This document shows, piece after piece, positions 1 through 8,276 of a stretch of 35,260 nucleotides of DNA; position 1 is the first letter of the stretch, and every line of letters begins with the position of its first letter. A program made the translations under genes and the position numbers. Source of the stretch: Syntrophaceae bacterium (GTDB taxonomy: Bacteria > Desulfobacterota > Desulfomonilia > Desulfomonilales > Desulfomonilaceae). The DNA lies in NCBI GenBank assembly GCA_014874425.1, contig JACWAG010000493.1, forward strand, positions 1 through 35,260. Reading direction: 5' to 3'. Below the pieces are notes generated by a model that saw nothing but the letters and a program-made list of their open reading frames with translations, was not told the DNA's origin and made no database searches.

Positions 1-173
1 ATGAAGTATGGAAGCAAGGCAAAACAGGAGCCGGATAGGGAAGCCGCAACTACTCGATTCAGCTTACCGGGAAGTAACTTTTCCATTTCTTTCAGCATTT
101 CAGGCGTAAATTCAGATTTGGTGGGCCACTTTCTCTCGTCTCTGGCCCCTAGTTTGTCTGCTTGCTCCGACAT
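1..173 (-). CDS. hypothetical protein, 5' fragment (gene runs off the window edge)
   Basis: Not in the ORF track because it has no stop inside the window. Minus-strand ATG at 173-171 opens MSEQADKLGARDERKWPTKSEFTPEMLKEMEKLLPGKLNRVVAASLSGSCFALLPYF... with no stop down to position 1. It lies 44 nt downstream of the NarI-like gene on the same strand. Product unknown; a soluble partner of the membrane cytochrome is a guess from position only. Confidence 0.35.
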   Translation of the reverse strand, partial: MSEQADKLGARDERKWPTKSEFTPEMLKEMEKLLPGKLNRVVAASLSGSCFALLPYF

Positions 174-217
174 TTATGGCCTCCATTTTGTCATATATTA
201 TTTGTCAATCGAATTGA

Positions 218-910
218 TTACTTAGGGTTCCAGGATGGGTTCTTTACATTTTTGTTCATTACTCCTCGACCACCAAAAGTGCGACCAAAATTGATCCTTC
301 CAAAAGGATAAAGCACATAGTGCGAGATCTTACTGAAGGGGACATAAAGCAAGAAAAATGTGGTCATAAGGAAGAATACCCACATCCAACCAGTATCCGG
401 GCTGCCCTGAATCCACAGGGACATTGCGATAAACCCGACGGCGAAGAATACCGTCATCAACGTGATGGCGAAGAAATCATCCGGGCTGCTTATGATACGA
501 ATCTCAGGGACCGTCAAACGTCTATATATCCGGCGAAGACCGATCAAGAACGCGAGCCCCATGAACAACATGAAGACCGTGGATACCACAGGGGTCATCA
601 ACACCGGCACTAGCGGGATTAAAAAAGTCGCGCCGATAGTTAGCGCTACCCCAATATGAAAAATCATGAATTCCACATAAAAAAACGGATTTTTCCGAGT
701 GCTTTCCATACTCCATGGCTTTAAAACGTTAAGCAAAGAGTCAAAAGCTCCAGCAACCCTATCGCCCTTCAATTCAGCCTTCTCGGGCGGAACTGGCTTT
801 TTTAGCATTTGAGATATCTTGATGATGTACATTAAAGCCATGAATCCCAGGGCCATGTACTGAACCGGCTCCTCAAGAATATGCAGAGCGTGACTGATGT
901 TGTTCTCCAT
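218..910 (-). CDS. NarI/DsrM/HdrE-like integral membrane b-type cytochrome (nitrate reductase gamma subunit family)
   Basis: 230 aa with about 5 hydrophobic helices. Conserved His residues sit in helix contexts typical of the family (FHIGV, SKISHYVLYPF, N-terminal HALH). GAGGA RBS lies 4-5 nt upstream of ATG 910. Family-level call from motif pattern only. Confidence 0.6.
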   Translation of the reverse strand: MENNISHALHILEEPVQYMALGFMALMYIIKISQMLKKPVPPEKAELKGDRVAGAFDSLLNVLKPWSMESTRKNPFFYVEFMIFHIGVALTIGATFLIPLVPVLMTPVVSTVFMLFMGLAFLIGLRRIYRRLTVPEIRIISSPDDFFAITLMTVFFAVGFIAMSLWIQGSPDTGWMWVFFLMTTFFLLYVPFSKISHYVLYPFGRINFGRTFGGRGVMNKNVKNPSWNPK

Positions 911-1368
911 ATTTCCTCACTTTCTTCATGACAAATGACGATGGAACCACAAAATTAACCAACAGGGACAAAGCGAAGGCGACAGGCGCTTGAGTCATTG
1001 CTTCGTTGCAAAATTGACCCTAGTTTTGGGAATTAAAATCCTCAAAACTCTGAAAATATATACGAGTGAATCGAAGATATTTTGTGCGAGCAAATAAGTC
1101 AAGAACTTTCTGTTTAAAGAGGCATGATACTTGATAAAATAAGTAGGTCCTAGAATCCGGCTTAATTAAGGAGTCAGTGACATTATCTCGAAGAATATAC
1201 AATTAATTTTGTCAACAATTAACTGGCAAAATCCCCAAAACAGACCGCAAGTCTTTATATGATCAATTGTATAAACAATTGGAACAAAAATGGATCTCAA
1301 GTGTTCCAATCTTAAGGTGTAAAAATGGATCATTCTCAATTTTGATCCATCATTCAGGAGCGATTATA

Positions 1369-1986
1369 TTGAATCAATTAAGAAAATTTTTAATAATTTT
1401 ACCGGCGCTTTTAGCTATCCTGTTTTCCATTGGAAACGCGTTTGAGGAAAACTGTGATGACAAGTTTGTAAAAAACGCGGCATTGGGAAATGATATAAAA
1501 TTGATGGAAAGGCTGAATAAAGGATCTAATATCAACTCAAAAAACTACAATGGACAGACTGCGTTGATTGAAGCCGCGTTGAATGGAAAAATTGATACAG
1601 TGAACCTCCTAATCAAAAAGGGAGCGGACCTCAATCAGAGAGGCAAAAACGCTCGCACTGCGCTGATGTGGGCCTGCCTGGCTGATCGGATACAAATGGT
1701 ACAATCTTTGTTGGCCCATGGAGCCGATGTTAACGTCAAAGACAGGAACAATCAGAACGCTTTGATGTTAGCGGCCGGGAAAGGAAACGCCGCTTGCGTA
1801 AACAGCTTGCTTGAAGCTGGGGCCGACCCGATGGCCAAGGACAACAATGGAGCCACCGCGTACACTTTAGCTTTGGGAAGCGGGTTCAAAGATGTTGCCA
1901 ATACAATCGCCAACTATCAGGAATCATCTCAATCTAAGCTGGATTTAGATGACTTGAGAATCGGGGCTTATTTCTATGTTGATTAA
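1369..1986 (+). CDS. ankyrin-repeat protein with N-terminal signal peptide
   Basis: At least 4 tandem ankyrin repeats (NGQTALIEAALNGKIDTVNLLIKKGADLN; RTALMWACLADRIQMVQSLLAHGADVN; QNALMLAAGKGNAACVNSLLEAGADP; GATAYTLAL). The track ORF starts at TTG 1267. I prefer TTG 1369 because AGGAG (1356-1360) sits 8 nt upstream and the product then begins with a signal-like MNQLRKFLIILPALLAILFSIGNAF. Confidence 0.85.
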   Translation: MNQLRKFLIILPALLAILFSIGNAFEENCDDKFVKNAALGNDIKLMERLNKGSNINSKNYNGQTALIEAALNGKIDTVNLLIKKGADLNQRGKNARTALMWACLADRIQMVQSLLAHGADVNVKDRNNQNALMLAAGKGNAACVNSLLEAGADPMAKDNNGATAYTLALGSGFKDVANTIANYQESSQSKLDLDDLRIGAYFYVD

Positions 1987-2051
1987 AAAACCCGGCTTGA
2001 CAGTTTTTCGAACATGTAGACATATGTAGTAAAAGCTTGAAAGGTTTGGAT

Positions 2052-2576
2052 ATGGCTGTTCGAAAAATAGTTACAGCGCCTGACCCGAAGTTGAGCACAA
2101 AGGCCGAACCCGTAATTGACCTTTCTGAAGATATATGCCAACTCGCCGCTGACATGACAGACACAATGTATAAGGCCCCAGGTATAGGATTGGCGGCAAA
2201 TCAAGTTGGTGAATTGGTCAGAGTTATTGTTTTCGATATACATTACGCGTACGCTGAACCCAAGGACAAGAAGAAAGCGCCAACGATACTGATTAATCCG
2301 GTCATTTTGCTTTCTGAAGGTGAAGAATTCAAAGAAGAAGGCTGCTTGAGCGTACCCAATTTTAACGTCGAGGTGAAACGAGCGGCCCGTGTCCAGGTTG
2401 AGGGCGTTGATATCAAAGGAAAACCTTTAAGAATAGATGGTGAAGGTCTTGTTGCCCGAGTACTTCAACACGAGATAGACCATTTGGAAGGCAGGACTCT
2501 TCTGGACCATTCTTCAGCTTTGAAACGGAACATGTACCATAGGCGTATCAAGAAATCGCAAAGAGGCAATAAGTGA
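2052..2576 (+). CDS. def: peptide deformylase
   Basis: Motifs GIGLAANQVG, EGCLSVP and QHEIDHLEG are the three PDF signature motifs. ATG 2052 (MAVRKIV...) is preferred over TTG 2037. Classic def-fmt pairing. Confidence 0.95.
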   Translation: MAVRKIVTAPDPKLSTKAEPVIDLSEDICQLAADMTDTMYKAPGIGLAANQVGELVRVIVFDIHYAYAEPKDKKKAPTILINPVILLSEGEEFKEEGCLSVPNFNVEVKRAARVQVEGVDIKGKPLRIDGEGLVARVLQHEIDHLEGRTLLDHSSALKRNMYHRRIKKSQRGNK

Positions 2577-3499
2577 CTTGCCGCATAGTTTTTATGGGAT
2601 CTCCCCAATTTGCTACGCCGACTCTCAAGGTACTTCAAAAACACTTTGACATAGTGGGGGTTTTTTCTCAGTCGGACAAGCGTTCAGGCCGTGGGAAAGT
2701 GCTGACTGCAACACCGGTAAAAAAGTTAGCCCTAGAAATGGGCCTCTTTTGTGCTGAACCCGATGACCTTAAAGATCCCAGTGTACTATCGATCTTAAAG
2801 GAATGGTGTCCAGACGCTATAGTTGTAGTAGCGTATGGAAAATTTCTTCCCAGGGAAATTCTGGAGTTGCCTCGGTTTGGCTGTTTGAATCTTCATGGCT
2901 CATTATTACCCAGACATCGTGGTCCATCTCCAATTTCTACCGCTATTCTTGCAGGAGACGACCAAACGGGCAATACGGTAATGCTGATGGACGCTGGAAT
3001 GGACACCGGGTCAATCCTTGCTGGGCAGATTGTTAAAATAGGGAAGAAAGATACAGCCGGAGACCTCCATGATAGACTCATGGAACTTGGGGCTTTGCTA
3101 ATGGTCCAAACCTTAAGGAAATTAATAAAGGGTGAAATCATACCGACGCCTCAGGACCAGTCAAAAGCTACTTACTCTCGACTCCTCAGGAAAACAGATG
3201 GATTGCTGGATTGGAATTTGGACGCAAAACAGCTTGACAGGATAGTACGTGCTATGGATCCGTGGCCTGGGGCATTTTTCCTGATGGGTAATGAGCAAAT
3301 CAAAGTCCGGTCCGCCACTGCGCTCGAAGGACAGGCGGAGCCGGGGTTAATAACGGCCATAATGGCTGATGGTATTGTGGTAGGGGCAGGCGCAGGGCTT
3401 TTTCTCTTGGAGGAAGTTCAAGCCCCTTCGAAAAAGAAAATATCGGCTTCAGATTTTGCTCGAGGGAAAAGGCTGAAACCAGGAACCTATGTGATTTAA
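2573..3499 (+). CDS. fmt: methionyl-tRNA formyltransferase
   Basis: N-terminus RIVFMGSPQFATPTL and motif HGSLLPRHRGPSPI. The GTG start overlaps the def stop (GTGA), which suggests translational coupling. Confidence 0.95.
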   Translation: MTCRIVFMGSPQFATPTLKVLQKHFDIVGVFSQSDKRSGRGKVLTATPVKKLALEMGLFCAEPDDLKDPSVLSILKEWCPDAIVVVAYGKFLPREILELPRFGCLNLHGSLLPRHRGPSPISTAILAGDDQTGNTVMLMDAGMDTGSILAGQIVKIGKKDTAGDLHDRLMELGALLMVQTLRKLIKGEIIPTPQDQSKATYSRLLRKTDGLLDWNLDAKQLDRIVRAMDPWPGAFFLMGNEQIKVRSATALEGQAEPGLITAIMADGIVVGAGAGLFLLEEVQAPSKKKISASDFARGKRLKPGTYVI

Positions 3500-3571
3500 T
3501 GGAAAATTCATGTATGTGTAACAATTTCTCCTCAATTTTCATGATGACTGCTTAACTCATGGGGTGAAAAA

Positions 3572-4408
3572 ATGAATCGACTTAAGACAGTAATTCTTCT
3601 GGCCGCTCTTGGCGGCTTGCTCGTAATTCTGGGTGGTTATTTTGGCGGTAAGAACGGGGCGACCATTGCTCTTGTTATTGCGCTTGTAATGAATGTGGGC
3701 AGCTATTGGTTCAGTGATCGAATCGTTCTGGCTATGTATCACGCTCAGGAAGTTACTGAATCAGAAGCTTCAGACCTTTTTAGACTGATTAGAGAGCTCA
3801 CTCGCAACGCAGGATTACCAATGCCAAAGGTTTACATAATTCCGGATGATTCGCCAAATGCTTTTGCCACAGGCCGAAATCCGGAACATGCCGCAGTGGC
3901 GGTTACCCAAGGTATCCTTCGTCTCCTGACTCGTGAAGAGCTTGCCGGAGTCATTGGACATGAACTTGGGCATGTTAAAAATCGGGACATACTCATTCAA
4001 ACCATAGCCGCTACCATAGGGACAGCTATAACCTATTTAGCTCAGTTTGGGTTCTTTTTTGGAGGTCGCTCTGATGATGATCGAGGCGGAGGTTCTTTGG
4101 CGGGTTCTCTTCTTATGATGATTCTGGCGCCGCTAGCCGCAGGGATCATTCAAATGGCGATCTCAAGATCACGGGAGTACATTGCTGATGAAACGGGAGC
4201 GCAAATATGTGGCCATCCGTTGTGGCTTGCAAGCGCACTGGGCAAATTGCAAAGAGGCGCCGAGGCGATCCCCATGAATGCTGAGCAAGCTACGGCTCAC
4301 ATGTTCATAGTGAGTCCCTTTTTTGGGAGTGGCTTGTCCAACCTGTTTTCAACTCATCCTCCTATCGAAAATCGTATAGAAAAGCTGGAAAAAATGGCCG
4401 GATATTAA
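3572..4408 (+). CDS. htpX: zinc metalloprotease HtpX (peptidase M48)
   Basis: Two N-terminal TM helices, [10 protein letters not shown] zinc motif, further TM pair, C-terminal [10 protein letters not shown]. Confidence 0.9.
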   Translation: MNRLKTVILLAALGGLLVILGGYFGGKNGATIALVIALVMNVGSYWFSDRIVLAMYHAQEVTESEASDLFRLIRELTRNAGLPMPKVYIIPDDSPNAFATGRNPEHAAVAVTQGILRLLTREELAGVIGHELGHVKNRDILIQTIAATIGTAITYLAQFGFFFGGRSDDDRGGGSLAGSLLMMILAPLAAGIIQMAISRSREYIADETGAQICGHPLWLASALGKLQRGAEAIPMNAEQATAHMFIVSPFFGSGLSNLFSTHPPIENRIEKLEKMAGY

Positions 4409-4465
4409 GCCTGGCCATGGATTTAAGCCAATTTGTCCTTTCTAAACTAATGATTTTAACGTTTC

Positions 4466-4518
4466 GACGCCTCTCGTTTCTCTTTTAAAGAGATGTAGGA
4501 CAGGCGTCTCAAATTTTT
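4466..4518 (+). terminator. putative intrinsic terminator after htpX
   Basis: Outer arms GACGCCT (4466-4472) / AGGCGTC (4502-4508) with inner palindrome TCTCTTT-T-AAAGAGA, followed by TCAAATTTTT. The bulged stem and interrupted T-tract limit confidence. Confidence 0.4.
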
Positions 4519-4562
4519 GAGTTCTTTTCAATACCATAACGGCTTATTGAATCAGAGGCCTC

Positions 4563-5927
4563 ATGCCCTTCCGTACCGGCGCAGCCACAATTTCTCGTGA
4601 ACTTGCAGTAAAAATTCTGAGCAAAGTTGACAAAGGTTTCTACGCCGAGACAACTCTTTCACAATTACTTTCAAAAAACGCTATTTCGGATAAGGACCGA
4701 TCACTAACCACCGAAATCGTTTACGGAACGGTTCGATGGAAAGACAGGCTGGATTCGATAATAGACAGGCGGTTAACACTTAAAGGGAAAAGCCTTGATC
4801 CCGAAATTCGAAACATCCTCAGGATAGCCATCTATCAAATACTTTTTCTAACCAGAATACCAGTTTATTCCATTACACACCAAGCTGTCGCGCAAGCCAA
4901 GAACAGGTTCAAAGGAAGATTCTCGAGGTTGGTTAACGCTGTCCTGCGATCCGCTCTAAGAAATCGGGACGATCTTCATCATGAGCCCGAAAAGAACTCA
5001 CGATCCTTAGCCATATATTATTCTCACCCTGAATGGCTTGTTGAGAGATGGCTGGATAGATTCGGCGAACAAGGAACCATTGATATTCTTGAATTTAACA
5101 ATCAACGATCGAATTTAACTCTCCGGGTTAATACCCTGAAAACAACGATTTCCGATGTAAGTTTGAGCTTTAAACAGAATGGTATTGTTTTTGAAATAGT
5201 CGATAATGATTTAGGGGTTTTAAATGTCAGGAATATTGGAGGACCAGTTATAAATATACCTGGCTTTAATGAAGGACTTTTCACCATCCAGGATTTTGGG
5301 TCTCAAATGATCGCCCCATTACTAAAGGCGCAGCCCAATCAACTAATTCTTGATGTTTGTGGGGCGCCTGGAGGGAAAGCTTCACATATGGCGGCGCTTG
5401 TTAATAATGGCGCTCGAATTACTCTAGTGGACGCCGACATTAAGAGATTGGATGAAGCGACAAGGAACTTTGAGCGCCTAGGTGTAAACTGCGTAAAAAT
5501 GATACACGGAGACGCGACTCAAAAATCGTTTCTTTCATCCTTGGGAAAATTCGATCGAATATTAATAGACGCGCCATGTTCCAATTTAGGGGTCTTACGC
5601 CATAACTGTGAAGTTAAATACCGTGTAACACCGCAAGATTTGACTAAATTGGCCGAACAACAGCTAATAATGCTGACGGAAGCCTCACAAGCAGTCAAAA
5701 ATGACGGGATCATCGTTTACTGCGTGTGTTCAACGAGCGAAGAGGAAACAACGTCCGTGGTCCAAAAATTCTTGGCCTGCAATAGAAATTTCTCAGTCGA
5801 TAAAATTGATCACAGTGAAATCCCCAATCCCGAATTCTTGAACACGGAGGGTCATTTTTCTTCATTTCCATCCAACAAATCCAGCTTTGTAGATGGGTTC
5901 TTCGCTGCTAGAATCAAGAAAATGTAG
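4563..5927 (+). CDS. rsmB: 16S rRNA (cytosine967-C5)-methyltransferase RsmB/Sun
   Basis: N-terminal NusB-like domain, SAM-binding DVCGAPGGK, catalytic DAPCS and VYCVCS motifs. Conserved position downstream of def-fmt. Confidence 0.9.
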   Translation: MPFRTGAATISRELAVKILSKVDKGFYAETTLSQLLSKNAISDKDRSLTTEIVYGTVRWKDRLDSIIDRRLTLKGKSLDPEIRNILRIAIYQILFLTRIPVYSITHQAVAQAKNRFKGRFSRLVNAVLRSALRNRDDLHHEPEKNSRSLAIYYSHPEWLVERWLDRFGEQGTIDILEFNNQRSNLTLRVNTLKTTISDVSLSFKQNGIVFEIVDNDLGVLNVRNIGGPVINIPGFNEGLFTIQDFGSQMIAPLLKAQPNQLILDVCGAPGGKASHMAALVNNGARITLVDADIKRLDEATRNFERLGVNCVKMIHGDATQKSFLSSLGKFDRILIDAPCSNLGVLRHNCEVKYRVTPQDLTKLAEQQLIMLTEASQAVKNDGIIVYCVCSTSEEETTSVVQKFLACNRNFSVDKIDHSEIPNPEFLNTEGHFSSFPSNKSSFVDGFFAARIKKM

Positions 5928-6132
5928 ACCCTGAATTCTAACATCAAAACGCGGTCACCATTTTTTGAAGAGTGTTCATCGATAGATGCGGATTGATTTC
6001 AAAATCGTAAGTGTGAAAAAAATTCATTTAGTCATTTTAATGGAAAATAAGTGGGAAGAAAACGCGCGACAATTTGCTGACTCCGATAGCTTAGAGACGA
6101 TAACATACCTGTATTATTGATCATATGTGATT

Positions 6133-6148
6133 TGGCACAGGCCTTGCT
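6133..6148 (+). promoter_or_regulatory. sigma-54 (RpoN) promoter, exact -24/-12 consensus
   Basis: TGGCAC (6133-6138) - aggcc - TTGCT (6144-6148) matches TGGCAC-N5-TTGCW exactly. It is intergenic and plus-oriented. Predicted TSS is near 6158-6160. Confidence 0.55.
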
Positions 6149-6157
6149 AATATAAAG

Positions 6158-6219
6158 GGCGAACAACGACTCCTAACCATACCCTCTTAGCAATCCTCCA
6201 ATCGGATTGCTTTTTTTTT
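6158..6219 (+). ncRNA. candidate ~60 nt sigma-54-dependent small RNA
   Basis: Bounded by the sigma-54 promoter and a strong intrinsic terminator. The segment contains no ATG or GTG, and its only TTG lies inside the terminator stem. It carries three pyrimidine anti-SD-like motifs: CTCCT 6170-6174, CCCTCTT 6182-6188, CCTCC 6195-6199. The downstream gene has its own sigma-70 promoter after the terminator. Confidence 0.4.
6189..6219 (+). terminator. rho-independent terminator
   Basis: Perfect 8-bp stem AGCAATCC (6189-6196) / GGATTGCT (6204-6211), 7-nt loop TCCAATC, then a run of T through 6219. Confidence 0.75.
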
Positions 6220-6231
6220 GCCACAAAGCGA

Positions 6232-6259
6232 TTGACACGGGGAAATATTTAACTATACT
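6232..6259 (+). promoter_or_regulatory. sigma-70-type promoter of the regulator/catabolic island
   Basis: TTGACA (6232-6237), 16-nt spacer, TATACT (6254-6259). The spacer contains the palindrome AAATATTT. ACTTAA direct repeats at 6265-6270 and 6276-6281 (11-bp phase) overlap the predicted TSS and are a candidate operator. Confidence 0.55.
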
Positions 6260-6300
6260 TTGCGACTTAACAAATACTTAATAAAAAGAGCCCCCTTTCA

Positions 6301-6855
6301 ATGCGCGTCGAACTTGAAATCGGTCGAAGAATTAGAGCTAAAAGATCGATCAATAAACTGACCTTGAAACAGCTCGCCGAAAAGGTTGGTTGTTCTGACG
6401 CTTATTTGTCTCAAATAGAAAATGGTAAGGTCTCTCCTTCTATTTCCAGCCTAAAAAAAATTTCTCATGCCTTACAAGCCAAGATAACGGATTTTTTTGT
6501 CGAAACAGAAGATGAAGACCCTGTCGTGCTCTCTCGTGATCAAAGAGTGACAATCAGTCTGGAGGGATGGAACGCACGAATTGAGTCTTTAATCATAAAT
6601 TCCAAGAATAAAAGAATGCACCCCTTTTTTACTACAATTCAACCCGGCGGAGGATCTCATGGACTTTACAGCCATGTAGGCGAAGAATTTGGGATAGTTC
6701 TGAAGGGTGAATTGCAAATCAATATTGATGACACAATTCACAGAGTGCGACGGAGTGAAAGCTTTTATTACAATTCAAACCAACCTCACAGTTGGACCAA
6801 TCCTGGAAAAACAGACACGGTTGTAGTTTGGGTAATTAGCCCGCCCACATTTTGA
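6301..6855 (+). CDS. XRE-family HTH transcriptional regulator with C-terminal cupin domain
   Basis: HTH_3 signature LTLKQLAEKVGCSDAYLSQIENGKVSPSISSLKKISHAL. The C-terminal half has a cupin-like beta pattern (GEEFGIVLKGELQI...SFYYNSNQPHSWTN). Confidence 0.85.
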   Translation: MRVELEIGRRIRAKRSINKLTLKQLAEKVGCSDAYLSQIENGKVSPSISSLKKISHALQAKITDFFVETEDEDPVVLSRDQRVTISLEGWNARIESLIINSKNKRMHPFFTTIQPGGGSHGLYSHVGEEFGIVLKGELQINIDDTIHRVRRSESFYYNSNQPHSWTNPGKTDTVVVWVISPPTF

Positions 6856-6919
6856 TCAATTAGCATGGGTAAAGCCGTAACTTGAAGGACATTATCCCAT
6901 TTTAAAAAGGAGAGCGACG

Positions 6920-8143
6920 ATGGTTTTAAAAAGCTTCAGGTCGATTTTGATCGTGATGTTAGTCTGTTTCCTGTCTGTTGGCTTTGCGTGCGCCGCGCAG
7001 AAAGCAGCATGGAAAATCGGTGTCGCCGTTTCATTAACCGGGGTGTTTGGTAAGGACGGCAGTCTGGTAAAAGACGCGTACACTCTGTGGCAGGAAACTG
7101 TCAATTCCCACGGCGGTATTAACGGGGCGCCTGTAGAGCTAATTTTCTACGATGATAAAAGCGATCCGGCGACCACCGCAAAACTCACTGAACAGCTCAT
7201 TGTAAGCGACAAAGTGGACCTTCTATTGGGCGGTTTCGGTAGTAGCCAGCTATTCGCCGCGAGTCCGGTTGCGGAAAAATATCAATATCCCTTGATTAGT
7301 GGTGGCGCCAGTTCAAACAAATTGTTTGAGCGTGGCTTCAAATATTATTTTTCTACATTGGGTAAAGCAACTGAAGAGGTAAGAGGTTGTGTCGACATTT
7401 TCTCAGAGGTTACCCCGAAACCTAAGACAGCCGCGATTATCGGAGCGGACATACTTTTCACTTCTCTGGCGTGTGATGGTTTTAAGAAATATTGCCAAAA
7501 AAATGGCATAGAAGTCATCCACTTCGAACTTTTCCCTATGGCTCTGCAGGATTACAACTCTCTGTTGATGAAGGTCAAAAACAAAAAACCCGACGTGTTG
7601 CTTGTTGGTTCGCATCTTCTGGTAGCTATGAAGACCATCAAGGCCATGAAGGAAATAGATTTCAGTCCCAAGGCGGTAGCATTCAGCTACGGGCCGACAG
7701 TCCCAAAGTTTGTAGAAGATCTAAAAGGTGACGCCAATTATGTAATCGCTGCGTCCGAATGGACCCCCAATATGCCATATTCTGGAAAGGTATTTGGAAA
7801 AGCTAGCGATTTTAACCAGCTATACATAAAGCGTTTTAATCGTAGGCCTGATTACGTTGAGGCCGCTGCCGCGGGTGGGGCTGTAGCTCAGCAGGAAGTT
7901 CTGGAAGAATTGGGATTGAAGCCGCCTCTAAGCAAAGAAAATCGAATTAAGATAATGGAAGCCCTACATAAAGACAAATTTGAAACTTTCTACGGCAAAA
8001 TCCAATTTGGAGCTGATGGGGCTAACGAAGCTCATCCTCCTGTAGCGGTGCAAATCCAGTCGGAAAAACTGGAAAACGTTTTTCCCCTGGAATATGCTGA
8101 AGCCAAAATCCTATATCCATTTAAGCCCTGGAAAGAACGTTAA
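6920..8143 (+). CDS. ABC transporter substrate-binding protein, Leu/Ile/Val-binding (HAAT, Peripla_BP_6) family
   Basis: Signal peptide (...FLSVGFACAAQ), IGVAVSLTG..G start typical of the family, about 400 aa, AAGGAG RBS. The ligand cannot be read from the sequence. Confidence 0.85.
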   Translation: MVLKSFRSILIVMLVCFLSVGFACAAQKAAWKIGVAVSLTGVFGKDGSLVKDAYTLWQETVNSHGGINGAPVELIFYDDKSDPATTAKLTEQLIVSDKVDLLLGGFGSSQLFAASPVAEKYQYPLISGGASSNKLFERGFKYYFSTLGKATEEVRGCVDIFSEVTPKPKTAAIIGADILFTSLACDGFKKYCQKNGIEVIHFELFPMALQDYNSLLMKVKNKKPDVLLVGSHLLVAMKTIKAMKEIDFSPKAVAFSYGPTVPKFVEDLKGDANYVIAASEWTPNMPYSGKVFGKASDFNQLYIKRFNRRPDYVEAAAAGGAVAQQEVLEELGLKPPLSKENRIKIMEALHKDKFETFYGKIQFGADGANEAHPPVAVQIQSEKLENVFPLEYAEAKILYPFKPWKER

Positions 8144-8158
8144 TTCAAGAACAGAGTG

Positions 8159-8193
8159 GGATTGGCGTCTTTTAAGCTGCCAATCCTCCTTTT
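8159..8193 (+). terminator. intra-operon hairpin after the binding-protein gene (partial terminator/attenuator or mRNA stabiliser)
   Basis: GGATTGGC (8159-8166) / GCCAATCC (8179-8186), 12-nt loop, followed by the weak T-tract TCCTTTT. Confidence 0.35.
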
Positions 8194-8276
8194 AACCACA
8201 ATGTAATTAATGGGAACGGGCGTCAAAATTAAATTCGCGCTCACCCTTTAAATATGTGAACTTAAGAAAGATTCAA

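Noticed and set aside
1-225. Plus-strand 74-aa ORF at the window edge
   Set aside because: Ser/Leu-rich, with no recognisable motif and no RBS context. The opposite strand carries a more protein-like ORF (173 to 1) that continues the minus-strand operon. Treated as a shadow ORF.
1020-1202. 60-aa minus-strand ORF in the intergenic region before the ankyrin gene
   Set aside because: It lies in AT-rich promoter-like DNA with no RBS and a low-complexity composition. The nearby CAATTAA/CAATTG direct repeats (about 1200-1285) are short and expected by chance in AT-rich sequence.
1987-2051. TTGACA at about 1996-2001 as the -35 of a def promoter
   Set aside because: No acceptable -10 hexamer lies at 16-18 nt spacing (candidates sit at 14 or 20 nt), so I could not support a promoter call.
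2052-5927. htpX inserted between fmt and rsmB as an unusual arrangement
   Set aside because: All four genes are intact housekeeping genes in the same orientation. Insertions into the def-fmt-rsmB cluster vary widely among bacteria, so this is not noteworthy.
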